DNA from: an uncultured Lachnospiraceae bacterium
Lineage (GTDB): Bacteria; Bacillota; Clostridia; Lachnospirales; Lachnospiraceae
Assembly: GCA_910586005.1 (NCBI GenBank)
Contig: CAJUHG010000002.1
Location: 36,362-100,361 of the forward strand
Direction of reading: 5' to 3'
Length of the DNA: 64,000 bases
Below the pieces are notes generated by a model. The model was not told the origin of the DNA and ran no database searches. It saw only the letters and a program-made list of their open reading frames with translations. The position numbers and the translations under genes were made by a program. Of this stretch, positions 30,264-39,627 are shown one piece after another. Each line of letters opens with the position of its first letter. Within the stretch, counting starts at the first letter, position 1.

Positions 30264-31913
30264 ATGAAAAAATTATTTGGCAAAGGTTTCAAGGTGATAT
30301 TGATATTGGCCTTGACTTTGGTACTGTGTCCAGTGATAGATACAAGGGCAGAGGAAGATGTCAGTGCTTTTACCATGGATGGAACAATAATTACAGGATA
30401 TAGTGGAGCAGGAGGCGATATCACACTTCCAGCTTCTGCAACAGCGATTGCTGATTATGCTTTTGCAGGAAATGGCAATATTTCAAGTATAACAGTTCCT
30501 GCAAATATTACTAGTATAGGAAGTTATAGTTTTTCAGGGTGTACTGGATTGACTAATGTAATCATTAATGGTTCAGTAAGTCTTGGAAGTGGAGTATTTT
30601 ATGGCTGTTCTTCTTTGGGATATGTAGAGCTTCCAGCAGGTTTATCTGCAATTCCTTCTGAAACTTTTGATGGATGTGGAAATCTTGCTTCTGTTTCTAT
30701 TCCAGATGGAGTAACATCCATTGGAGCACAAGCCTTTAATGGTTGTGGAAGTCTTGCAGCTATTAGTATTCCAGGTTCTGTATCAGAAATTGGAAGTAGT
30801 GCATTTAATAATTGTGTTAGTTTATCTGAACTTACAATACCATCTTCTGTTTCTTCTATGGGAAGTGGAATTTTATCAGGTTGTAGTGGTTTAACATCTG
30901 TAAGTCTTTCAAGTGGAATGTCTTCCATTCCTGAATTGACTTTATATGGATGCAGCAGTTTATCTAATATTAGTATTCCAAGCTCTGTGGGAAGTATTGG
31001 TTCTCAGGCTTTTGGAAGTTGCTCAGGAGTTAGTGAGATTAGTATTCCAGCATCTGTTTCTTCTATAGATTTTAGTGCATTTGATGGGTGCAATAACTTG
31101 ACAGCAGTAAATGTAGAGGGCGGAAATGGAAGTTATGCATCTTCTGATGGAGCAGTTTATAATTCATCTTTAACACAGCTTTTGTATTGCCCAGTTAGTA
31201 AAACAGAATTAACATTGCCAGATGGAATGACATCCATAGCATCTTCTGCCTTTAGTGCAAGTCCTTATGTCTATAATCTTAGTATTCCAGCTTCTGTAAC
31301 TAATATTGAAGCAGATGCATTTACAGGAAGTGGAATTGGCACCGTGCGCATTCCAGCAAGTGTTACAGTGATCGGTTCTCAGAATGCTTGGGTACCAGAT
31401 GTAATTTATGGATATACTGGTTCTGAGGCAGAGAAATTTGCAGATGAAAATGGATATATTTTTGAAAGTGTTGGTGCTGTAGAAAATATAACAGAAGATC
31501 CTACTAGTGGTAATGATAAAGAAGATGAACCAGATACAGGTTCAAGAAATGAAACACCTACAACCACTACAGATGATGACCCAGGTGGAAATACAGGAAA
31601 TACTGGGAACACAGGAAATACTGGGAACACAGGAAATACAGGAAATACTGGGAACACAGGAAACACAGGAAATACTGGAAATACAGGAAATACAGGAAAT
31701 TATACGGGAGGAACAACCTCTGGTACTGGTGGAACTACCAGCGCAGGAACACGTACCTCTGTTTCTAGAAATTTAGGGACTGCGCAGGTAGGAAGCGGAA
31801 CACCTAAGACGGGTGTTGAGTTTGATGCAAAATATGTGCTTTGTCTTGGATTTTTCTTTACAGGAACTTATTTAGTGGTAAGTAAAAAGAAAAAGAATGT
31901 TGATGCAAAGTAA
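30264..31913 (+). CDS. BspA-type (LRR_5) leucine-rich repeat surface protein with TPKTG sorting signal
   Basis: Signal peptide; L..I.IP.SV..IG..AF.GC repeats; (GNT)12 linker; TPKTG followed by a hydrophobic helix and KKKK tail. Confidence 0.9.
   Translation: MKKLFGKGFKVILILALTLVLCPVIDTRAEEDVSAFTMDGTIITGYSGAGGDITLPASATAIADYAFAGNGNISSITVPANITSIGSYSFSGCTGLTNVIINGSVSLGSGVFYGCSSLGYVELPAGLSAIPSETFDGCGNLASVSIPDGVTSIGAQAFNGCGSLAAISIPGSVSEIGSSAFNNCVSLSELTIPSSVSSMGSGILSGCSGLTSVSLSSGMSSIPELTLYGCSSLSNISIPSSVGSIGSQAFGSCSGVSEISIPASVSSIDFSAFDGCNNLTAVNVEGGNGSYASSDGAVYNSSLTQLLYCPVSKTELTLPDGMTSIASSAFSASPYVYNLSIPASVTNIEADAFTGSGIGTVRIPASVTVIGSQNAWVPDVIYGYTGSEAEKFADENGYIFESVGAVENITEDPTSGNDKEDEPDTGSRNETPTTTTDDDPGGNTGNTGNTGNTGNTGNTGNTGNTGNTGNTGNTGNTGNYTGGTTSGTGGTTSAGTRTSVSRNLGTAQVGSGTPKTGVEFDAKYVLCLGFFFTGTYLVVSKKKKNVDAK
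31587..31700 (+). repeat. 9-bp in-frame tandem repeat encoding (Gly-Asn-Thr)x12
   Basis: GGRAAYACW units counted directly. Confidence 0.95.
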
Positions 31914-31946
31914 GTGATAAGAGAAAGATAACTAAAATTCTTTGAT

Positions 31947-31989
31947 AAAAAAACAGTATAGTCACAGGAGGCGACTATGCTGTTTTTTT
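31947..31989 (+). terminator. Intrinsic terminator after the LRR gene
   Basis: A7-CAGTATAGTC / GACTATGCTG-T7. Confidence 0.8.
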
Positions 31990-32141
31990 ATTTATAACAA
32001 TAGAAAGTTTGTATAACATGCTTTCTATTGTTTATGTGTTTATGATTTTTCTCATAAGTACCCACTTATGTACAAACACTTATTTGTGAGTACTTATAGA
32101 AAGCCTTTTTCTAATAAATATCCCTGAAAACCGAAATTTCC

Positions 32142-32168
32142 TAAAGTTTCTAGTTAAACAACCGATAA
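32142..32168 (+). promoter_or_regulatory. Sigma28 (FliA/SigD) promoter of the flgM operon
   Basis: TAAA-N15-ACCGATAA. Confidence 0.85.
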
Positions 32169-32240
32169 ATAGATTAGATAAAAAATAAAGTAATAGGGAA
32201 CACTAATAATTACAAACACAGATAGAAAGGAGATGCCTTT

Positions 32241-32516
32241 ATGCGTATAGAAGCATATAACCAGGTCAGCACAGTTTTTAACACCAGCAAAGCTTCCAAG
32301 ATTAAAGGCAGCGGAAGCATCAATAAAAGAGATGAAGTACAAATTTCACAGGCCGGCAGAGATTATCAAGTTGCTAAGCAAGCAGTGGCAGAAGCTTCTG
32401 ATATTAGGTCTGATAAAGTTTCCCAGCTTAAAAACAGTATTGCATCTGGTAATTATAAGGTGGAAACAGGAGATTTCGCAGCCAAATTATTAGAAAAGTA
32501 TGAAACATATTTTTAG
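32241..32516 (+). CDS. flgM: Anti-sigma28 factor
   Basis: DEVQISQ, IRSDKVSQLK..IASGNYKV, first gene after a sigma28 promoter. Confidence 0.9.
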   Translation: MRIEAYNQVSTVFNTSKASKIKGSGSINKRDEVQISQAGRDYQVAKQAVAEASDIRSDKVSQLKNSIASGNYKVETGDFAAKLLEKYETYF

Positions 32517-32531
32517 AAATGAGGTTTTCAT

Positions 32532-33044
32532 GTGGCCAGTTTGATGGAAAATTTTATGGATGTATTAGAGAGAGAGAATGGGGAATATGAACGTCTTGCA
32601 GAACTGTCCTTAGAAAAAAGACAGATTATCATTGATGGAAATATTCCCGCTCTTGAAGAGATCACAGATCGCGAACAGGAAATAACAAGTATTCTCAAGA
32701 ATTTAGAAAATAAAAGAGAAGAAGTTGTCAATGATATGTCTATCGTACTTAGTAAAGCGCCAGAGGAATTGACGGTTACTAATATGATAGCCTTTTTAAA
32801 TAAACAACCAAAAGAGCAGCAGAAATTGCAAGAGCTAAAAGAAAAATTGCATCATACGCTGGAAAAAATGGCAAATATTAATGCACAGAATGAAGCGTTG
32901 TTGCAACAGTCATTAGAGATGGCTGAATTTGATCTTACATTGTTTAAAAGTATGAGGCAAGCACCTACAACTGCTAATTATGATAAACGAGCAAATAATA
33001 CAGGTACTATTTTAGCAAGTAGCGGGTTTGATGCAAAACAGTAA
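32532..33044 (+). CDS. flgN: Flagellar export chaperone FlgN
   Basis: Helical 170-aa protein ending FDAKQ, between flgM and flgK. Confidence 0.85.
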   Translation: MASLMENFMDVLERENGEYERLAELSLEKRQIIIDGNIPALEEITDREQEITSILKNLENKREEVVNDMSIVLSKAPEELTVTNMIAFLNKQPKEQQKLQELKEKLHHTLEKMANINAQNEALLQQSLEMAEFDLTLFKSMRQAPTTANYDKRANNTGTILASSGFDAKQ

Positions 33045-33070
33045 GATTAGAATAAAAGGAGAATGTAAAT

Positions 33071-34765
33071 ATGGCAAATGGAATGGGAAGTCTGTATATT
33101 GGAGCATCTGGGTTGCAGAATAGTCAAAATGCTTTAAATACTACAGCTAATAATTTAGCAAATGCAGATACCAAAGGTTATGTAAGACAACAAGTATTAT
33201 TTGCAGATAGAGATTATGTTAATTTTAAAAATGCCGCAATTAGTAAACAACAAGCAGGACTTGGAGTGACAATTGCTGATGTGGTACATACAAGGGATTA
33301 CTTTTTAGATAGATATTACCGGACAGAGAATGGAAGACAATCTTTTTATGAAACTAGTTATGAGGCAGTTCGAGAAGTGGAGGATATGATTCAAGAGTTA
33401 GAAGGAGAGCGATATCAAGACACACTAGATAGTTTTCGGAAGGCTTTTGAAGAATTGTCAAAAGGGCCAAATACAGAAGTAAATCAGAATTTAGTGGTTC
33501 AGAAAGCAACAATATTTTTACAAAGGACACAAGGGATTTATCAGAATTTAAAAGATTATCAAAGTAGAATCAATCTTAAGGTCAATAATGCAATTGACCG
33601 TATTAATGAGTTGGGACATAAAATTCAAGATTTAAATCAACAGATTTTAAAGATTGAATCTGGTGGTGTTGAAACTGCCATGACTCTGCGTGATGAACGT
33701 GACAATGCATTAGATGAGCTTTCTAGTCTTGCCAAAGTTGAATTTTCAGAGGATGCAAAAGGAGCTGTAAGGGTAAGACTTGAAAATGTGGAATTTTTAG
33801 ATGAAATACATGTATTTGAAGTGCAAGGAATTAAAGACCCTGTTACTGGATTTGTAACTCCTATTTGGCCACAACTATCTGATATGCCACGTAAGGAATA
33901 CACACCAATGTTTAATTTTAGTGTGGATATTTCCTCAGAGTTAGATACAGATATTGGGGAATTAAAGGCATTGGTATTGTCAAGAGGAGATAAAGTTGCA
34001 AATTATAAAGACGTTGCAGGTATCCCAGCAGATAGATATAATGATGGAGCGGGAATGTCCACAATGATGTCTGCACAGGCAGAGATGGACCAATTGTTAC
34101 ATAATATTGTAACAGCAATCAATGATATCTTTAGTCCTACCAAGGTTACTTCTTTTGTGGGAATAGATGGAACTGTATATAATAATGTAAGAGTGTGGGA
34201 TGAAGAGAATGCATGTCTAGGGAAAGATGGTGAAAAACCAGGAAGAGAATTATTTGTAAGAAGAGGTTGCGACCGCTATAAAGAAGTTATGGGTCAAGAT
34301 AATCAAATTTATTATGTATATAATGAGGAAGATAATCTAGATACTTCAAAAATGTATACCACACAAGGAATTATAGTGAACCCAGATTTATTACAGTCAG
34401 AGTCTGGATTACCACACTTAACAAAACAAGGGGATCCTGCTTGGGATATGGCACAAGCTCTTGTGGATGTATGGAAGAAAAAGGATATGATTGTAAATGC
34501 TAACAATACAAATCCATGTACGATTGAAGAGTATTATGAGCGCATGGTAGATGGTATTGGTACACGAGGAAATGTGTTTGCGGGACTTTCCACAGACCTT
34601 GATAGAGAAGTGGAAAGTATTGAAAATAGTAGACAACAAGTATTTGGAGTATCTTCAGATGAAGAATTGAGCAATATGATTAAATATCAAAATGCATATA
34701 ATGCAGCAAGTAGATTTATTAATGTAATTAATGAAATGCTAGAGCATCTTGTAACTCGATTATAA
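33071..34765 (+). CDS. flgK: Hook-associated protein FlgK (paralog 1)
   Basis: LYIGASGL...NNLANADTKGYVRQ; GVSSDEELSNMIKYQNAYNAASR. Confidence 0.93.
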   Translation: MANGMGSLYIGASGLQNSQNALNTTANNLANADTKGYVRQQVLFADRDYVNFKNAAISKQQAGLGVTIADVVHTRDYFLDRYYRTENGRQSFYETSYEAVREVEDMIQELEGERYQDTLDSFRKAFEELSKGPNTEVNQNLVVQKATIFLQRTQGIYQNLKDYQSRINLKVNNAIDRINELGHKIQDLNQQILKIESGGVETAMTLRDERDNALDELSSLAKVEFSEDAKGAVRVRLENVEFLDEIHVFEVQGIKDPVTGFVTPIWPQLSDMPRKEYTPMFNFSVDISSELDTDIGELKALVLSRGDKVANYKDVAGIPADRYNDGAGMSTMMSAQAEMDQLLHNIVTAINDIFSPTKVTSFVGIDGTVYNNVRVWDEENACLGKDGEKPGRELFVRRGCDRYKEVMGQDNQIYYVYNEEDNLDTSKMYTTQGIIVNPDLLQSESGLPHLTKQGDPAWDMAQALVDVWKKKDMIVNANNTNPCTIEEYYERMVDGIGTRGNVFAGLSTDLDREVESIENSRQQVFGVSSDEELSNMIKYQNAYNAASRFINVINEMLEHLVTRL

Positions 34766-34888
34766 GTGAGGGAATGTTTTGTGTAAGTAAGACCAACCAT
34801 TGGTCAGATTAAATGATAAAGTGTAGACAATGTGACAGTTTAGACAAATTATTTGTAAAATGAGCTGTTACACAGAATGGAGGAAAAT

Positions 34889-36721
34889 ATGCCATCAACA
34901 TTTTTTGGACTGACAATAGCAGGTTCTGCATTAAATTCATTTCATGTAGCAACCAATACAGTTGCAAATAATATTGCAAATGTTAATACCAAAGGTTATA
35001 CCAGACAAGAGGCGGTTCGAATTGCGTCGGAAGCGTTGAGAACACATCAAAAGTATGGTATGGCAGGAAGTGGTGTAACTACTACTGAGATTATTCAAAA
35101 ACGTGATTTTTATTATGATGTAAAATATTGGCAGAACAATGCTAGAATTGGTATGTATGATACAAAATTATATGGAGTGCAACAAATAGAAGATTATTTA
35201 AATGATGATGATACATCAAAAGGTTTTAAGACCATTTTAAATGAAATGTTTTCAGCATTGGATACTTTGAAAGGAACTCCAGAACTTCTGGATGCAAGAA
35301 AACAATTTATTAGTAAATCACAGAACTTTGCAAACTTTTTCCAGAGTATGAATGTTGGATTAAGAAAACTTCAGGAAGACTTTAATCAGGAAATTTCAAC
35401 ACAGGTGGAAAAAATTAATTCTATTGGACAAAAAGTTGCTTTGTTAAATAGACAAATTAATATTATAGAACTGCAAGGTACAAATGCAAATGAATTGCGA
35501 GACCAGAGAGCGTTGCTTATAGATGAACTTTCAGAATTAGTTCCAGTAGAAGTGACAGAATCTAAAGTAACAAATAGCAATTATCCTGGAATGTATACAG
35601 GAGGTACTAATTATCTGGTGAAAATTAATGGGCAGGTATTAGTAGATTCTTTTGAATATAATACACTAGCTTGTCGTGTAAGAGAAAAGAAAGTCAACCA
35701 ATCAGATGCAGAAGGACTGTATGATATTTATTGGACACATAATGATGTTCCCTTTAATGCGACAGGAAAAAGTTGCGAAGGAAGATTAAAGGCATTATTT
35801 GAGGTGCGTGATGGAAATAATAATGAGGCATTCCAAGGCTGGGTACAATCAGTAACAGCAGGAAATGGTGGAGATGTTGTTACAATAAAGAATCCAAGTA
35901 TTACAAGTGTGAATGCTATGACAATGGAGCCAGAAGGAATTATTACCATTAATAATAAAGAATATGCATATTCTAGTTTTTCTTATGATTCAGAGACAGA
36001 AACTTATCAATTTCAATTGAAGAGAACGATGTCCACAGATGAAAGAGCAAATCTAATGGAGAGAACTGCTATCATAGGAACTAATATTGATGCAATGGGA
36101 ATCCCTTATTATCAGGCACAAGCAAATAATTTTATAAGAGAATTTGCAAAGCAGTTTAATGAACTTCACAGATCAGGTGTAGATATGGATTCTTTGGATG
36201 GAATATCCTTCTTTGTAGCAGAAAATGTTGCAGATGGAAGTGAGTGGGATTTCTCTGACTATAAGGGAAATGACAGTATGAGTACTTCTGGAAATAACTA
36301 TTATTTGTTGACTGCTGCTAATTTTAAAGTGGCAACACCGATTGAGCGAGATGCATCTAAAATGGCAACCCTGTCCAAAAAAGATTTGGAAAATGATAAT
36401 GTGGCAAGCCAAAAGCTTGTGGAAGATATGCTTAGATTAAAGAGCGAAGTTAAAATGTTCCGTGGTGGTGGAGCAGATCAATTCTTAGAGTGTTTAATCA
36501 GTGATAATACGGTTGATACACAAAAGGCAAAACTTTTCCTTGAAAATTATACTAATATTGGTGAGAATATTTTACAGAAGAGAATGTCTATTTCAGCAGT
36601 AGATGAAGATGAAGAAGGTTTGGATATGTTAAAATTCCAAAATGCATATAATCTTGCATCTAGAATGATACAAACTATGACAGAAATGTATAATCGACTT
36701 ATTTTAGAGACTGGTGTATAA
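34889..36721 (+). CDS. flgK: Hook-associated protein FlgK (paralog 2)
   Basis: MPSTFFGL..AGSAL...NNIANVNTKGYTRQ; SAVDEDEE...KFQNAYN.ASR. Start set after the GGAGG RBS. Confidence 0.93.
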   Translation: MPSTFFGLTIAGSALNSFHVATNTVANNIANVNTKGYTRQEAVRIASEALRTHQKYGMAGSGVTTTEIIQKRDFYYDVKYWQNNARIGMYDTKLYGVQQIEDYLNDDDTSKGFKTILNEMFSALDTLKGTPELLDARKQFISKSQNFANFFQSMNVGLRKLQEDFNQEISTQVEKINSIGQKVALLNRQINIIELQGTNANELRDQRALLIDELSELVPVEVTESKVTNSNYPGMYTGGTNYLVKINGQVLVDSFEYNTLACRVREKKVNQSDAEGLYDIYWTHNDVPFNATGKSCEGRLKALFEVRDGNNNEAFQGWVQSVTAGNGGDVVTIKNPSITSVNAMTMEPEGIITINNKEYAYSSFSYDSETETYQFQLKRTMSTDERANLMERTAIIGTNIDAMGIPYYQAQANNFIREFAKQFNELHRSGVDMDSLDGISFFVAENVADGSEWDFSDYKGNDSMSTSGNNYYLLTAANFKVATPIERDASKMATLSKKDLENDNVASQKLVEDMLRLKSEVKMFRGGGADQFLECLISDNTVDTQKAKLFLENYTNIGENILQKRMSISAVDEDEEGLDMLKFQNAYNLASRMIQTMTEMYNRLILETGV

Positions 36722-36736
36722 GGAGGTATTAGATAA

Positions 36737-38272
36737 ATGATGAGAGTAACAAACAGCATGATTAGCAGAAATAGCATGCTGAATATTAATTCTAATAAAG
36801 TAAATGTTGATACATTAAATACACAGATGACCACTCAAAAAAAGATTGACAGACCATCTGATGATCCGATTATTGCAATTCGAGCGCTTCGGTTGCGGAG
36901 TAACTTAAGTGAGTTAAATCAGTATTATGAGAGAAATATTCCTGATGCTTATTCTTGGCTGGAAATTACAGAAGGTGCTCTTGATAATATGGAAACACTT
37001 TTAAGAGAAGTTTATGTAAAATGTGAAAATGGTGCCACAGACACTTTGACAGAAGAAGATAGAGCAGCGATTTTGAAAGATCTTCAATCCCTTAGAAAAC
37101 AAGTATATGCAGAGGGAAATGCAGATTCAGCTGGAAGAACTGTTTTTACTGGTTATAAAACAAACAGTCAGCTTACCTTTTTAAAGGATGAAAAAGATAC
37201 AAAGTATGAGATTACAGAACCTATTTCCTATGAAGATATGGAAGAAAAGAATTTTTATAGTAATATTGTAGAAGTTCCTAATTCTCTGAATGATATAGGA
37301 ACTGGAGTGACTATTCCAGATATGCCACAAGAATATACACATAAGAGAATCCGCTTATCTTATGAGGGATTAGGAGATATAACAGCAGATAATTTAACTT
37401 ATATAGATGAAAATGGTGACCCACAGCCACTTAGGGATTTTGAAATTAGTGTAGGTGGTATGGCAGCAGGTCCAGATATTGTAACAAATATGTCCTATGC
37501 AGATTGGGAGAAAAATGATTTTGCTGTGGGAGAAGATCAAGTTTTGTTTTTCAAAGAAACTGGAGAGTTAATTTTAGGAAAGTCTGTTGCAGACCAGATA
37601 GGAAGCGACAAAACTAAATTAAGTATAACTTATACCAAAGAAGGATTTGCAGAAGGTGAGTTGAGACCAGAACATTATTTTGATTGTAAAAATATTACAG
37701 ATGAAAATAATAAGATTGAATATACCAAGGAATATCAAGAAATTAAATTTACAGTTGCCTTTAATCAGACTTTAACGGTGAATACACAGGCTACAGATGT
37801 ATTTGATGCTTCTATAGGGCGTGATGTAGATGAATTGACAAACGCGGTGCAAGCGGCAATTGCAGCACATGATAAAGTGAAGAAAATAGAAGAAATGCAA
37901 AAAGAAGAGCAATACTCTGATCCAAAAGTACAAGAAGCATTGTCACAATGGTTAGAAGCAGCAAAGAAAGAAGCAGTTTATGCGGATGACAATATGCAGA
38001 AAATATATGCAAATGGAATTACTAAATTTCAAGGATATATGGATCAGGTAAAACTTGCTAGAACAGATTTAGGAAGCCGTCAGAATCGGTTACAATTAAC
38101 AGAAAATAGAATGTCCAATCAACAGACTACTTTTGAAAAGTTAAAATCTAGAAATGAAGATATGGAATTATCAGATATTATTATTGAATATACAGCAGCC
38201 TATAATGCATATCAGGCATCTTTACAGGCATCTTCAAAGGCAAATGGACAGACATTGTTGAATTATTTATAA
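36737..38272 (+). CDS. flgL: Hook-associated protein FlgL
   Basis: MRVTNSM, KKIDRPSDDP, AYQASL...TLLNYL. Confidence 0.93.
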   Translation: MMRVTNSMISRNSMLNINSNKVNVDTLNTQMTTQKKIDRPSDDPIIAIRALRLRSNLSELNQYYERNIPDAYSWLEITEGALDNMETLLREVYVKCENGATDTLTEEDRAAILKDLQSLRKQVYAEGNADSAGRTVFTGYKTNSQLTFLKDEKDTKYEITEPISYEDMEEKNFYSNIVEVPNSLNDIGTGVTIPDMPQEYTHKRIRLSYEGLGDITADNLTYIDENGDPQPLRDFEISVGGMAAGPDIVTNMSYADWEKNDFAVGEDQVLFFKETGELILGKSVADQIGSDKTKLSITYTKEGFAEGELRPEHYFDCKNITDENNKIEYTKEYQEIKFTVAFNQTLTVNTQATDVFDASIGRDVDELTNAVQAAIAAHDKVKKIEEMQKEEQYSDPKVQEALSQWLEAAKKEAVYADDNMQKIYANGITKFQGYMDQVKLARTDLGSRQNRLQLTENRMSNQQTTFEKLKSRNEDMELSDIIIEYTAAYNAYQASLQASSKANGQTLLNYL

Positions 38273-38401
38273 AATTTTATATCTGTTTATGTAGATGTAT
38301 CATAGTAGGAAGACTGATTGTTCTGTGTTGTATGCTTTTATTATTGCTACAAGGTTGAGCAGTCAGTCTATGAATTTGATTGCATAAATATGGAGGAAAA
38401 T

Positions 38402-38866
38402 ATGCAAATTGAAACAAGATTATTTGGAGAAATAGAAATAGAAGAAGAGAAGATAATCTTTTTTGAAAAAGGGATTATTGGTTTTCCAGATTGTCAGAAA
38501 TTTACATTGATTTTTGATGAAAATGATGATGGAAGCCGCAAAGGAATTTCTTGGTTACAATCTTTGGATGAACCAACTTTTGCACTTCCTGTTATGGATC
38601 CACTTTTGGTAAAAGAGGATTATAATCCGCAAGTAGAAGATGCAGTATTAAAACATCTTGGAAATCTTACAGAGGCAAATACCTATGTTCTGGTGACTGT
38701 TACAGCTACAGAAGATATCACGAAGTTGAGCGTGAATTTAAAAGCACCCATTGTAATTAATGCAGATGAGAGGAAAGCACATCAAGTAATTGTAGAAAAT
38801 GATTTTCCAGTAAAGTTTGCGATTTATGAAATTTTAAAGGAAAAAAAAGAAAAGGCGGGTGAATAG
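38402..38866 (+). CDS. fliW: Flagellar assembly factor FliW (CsrA antagonist)
   Basis: ETRLFGEI, GIIGF, WLQS, NLKAPIVIN. Start moved to the ATG at 38402 (GGAGG RBS). Confidence 0.93.
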   Translation: MQIETRLFGEIEIEEEKIIFFEKGIIGFPDCQKFTLIFDENDDGSRKGISWLQSLDEPTFALPVMDPLLVKEDYNPQVEDAVLKHLGNLTEANTYVLVTVTATEDITKLSVNLKAPIVINADERKAHQVIVENDFPVKFAIYEILKEKKEKAGE

Positions 38867-38867
38867 G

Positions 38868-39083
38868 ATGCTGGCATTAACCAGAAAAAAGGGAGAATCC
38901 ATCATTTTAAATAATAATATAGAAATTAGTATTCTGGAATTGCGTGGTGATCAGGTAAAGATTGGTATTAGTGCACCAAAAGAGATTCCCGTGTATCGAA
39001 AGGAAGTATATCTTCAGATTCAAAAGGAAAATGAAGAGGCTCTGTCAGCAGACAGTATAGCAGCATTAAGTAATATTTTATAA
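38868..39083 (+). CDS. csrA: Carbon storage regulator CsrA
   Basis: MLALTRKKGESI, VKIGISAPKEIPVYRKE, with the C-terminal extension typical of FliW-paired CsrA. Confidence 0.96.
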   Translation: MLALTRKKGESIILNNNIEISILELRGDQVKIGISAPKEIPVYRKEVYLQIQKENEEALSADSIAALSNIL

Positions 39084-39109
39084 AAAACAGCTAATTTAGT
39101 GATGGTTCT

Positions 39110-39177
39110 TAATTTTTTCCGCCAGGCGACCGATATATATACAAGAAAAATAGCGGTTAGGTTTCACATGGAGGTGA
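39110..39177 (+). promoter_or_regulatory. Sigma28 promoter and CsrA-type hairpin over the flaG RBS
   Basis: TAAT-N15-ACCGATAT (39110-39136); TCAC-ATGGAG-GTGA hairpin (39164-39177). Confidence 0.75.
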
Positions 39178-39183
39178 TATTTT

Positions 39184-39615
39184 ATGGAGATTCAAAAAGC
39201 AAAAGTACCTTCCGCACCTTATCAGGGAAGTGGGTCGGAGGTAACTGTTAAGCAAGAAGCAGTGATAAAGGAGCCAGTTCAAAATTTTGAAGCGCCCAAA
39301 ATAGAGAAGAGGGCGAACTCTTCAGGGGCTGCAGTTTCTAATAATTCAGCAGTTTCAGAGGAAGAGAAGCAGAATCCTGCAGAAGCAGAAATGGCTAAAA
39401 AGAATGGCATAAAGCGCGCAGTGGAAGAAGTGAACCGGAAGGCTAAGAATTCTGAGCTAATTTTTGGAATTCATGATGCAACAAATCGGGTAACTATTAA
39501 AGTAGTAGATAAGGGAACCAAGGAAGTTATCAGAGAATTTCCACCAGAAGAGACATTAGATATGATTGCAAAAGTATGGGAGTTAGCTGGAATTATGATA
39601 GATGAACGGGGATAG
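39184..39615 (+). CDS. flaG: Flagellar protein FlaG
   Basis: L.FGIHDATNRV.IKVVD..T.EVIREFPPEE.LD...GIMIDE. Confidence 0.9.
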   Translation: MEIQKAKVPSAPYQGSGSEVTVKQEAVIKEPVQNFEAPKIEKRANSSGAAVSNNSAVSEEEKQNPAEAEMAKKNGIKRAVEEVNRKAKNSELIFGIHDATNRVTIKVVDKGTKEVIREFPPEETLDMIAKVWELAGIMIDERG

Positions 39616-39627
39616 GAGGAATATAGA

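Noticed and set aside
31961..31975. CsrA site in the loop of the LRR-gene terminator (CAGGAG)
   Set aside because: It is not an ANGGA match, it is a single site, and it is explained as an ordinary terminator loop.
32051..32100. CATAAGT/ACTTATG motifs upstream of flgM, echoed at 42127-42148
   Set aside because: The match is only 9 bp in AT-rich DNA and cannot be distinguished from chance.
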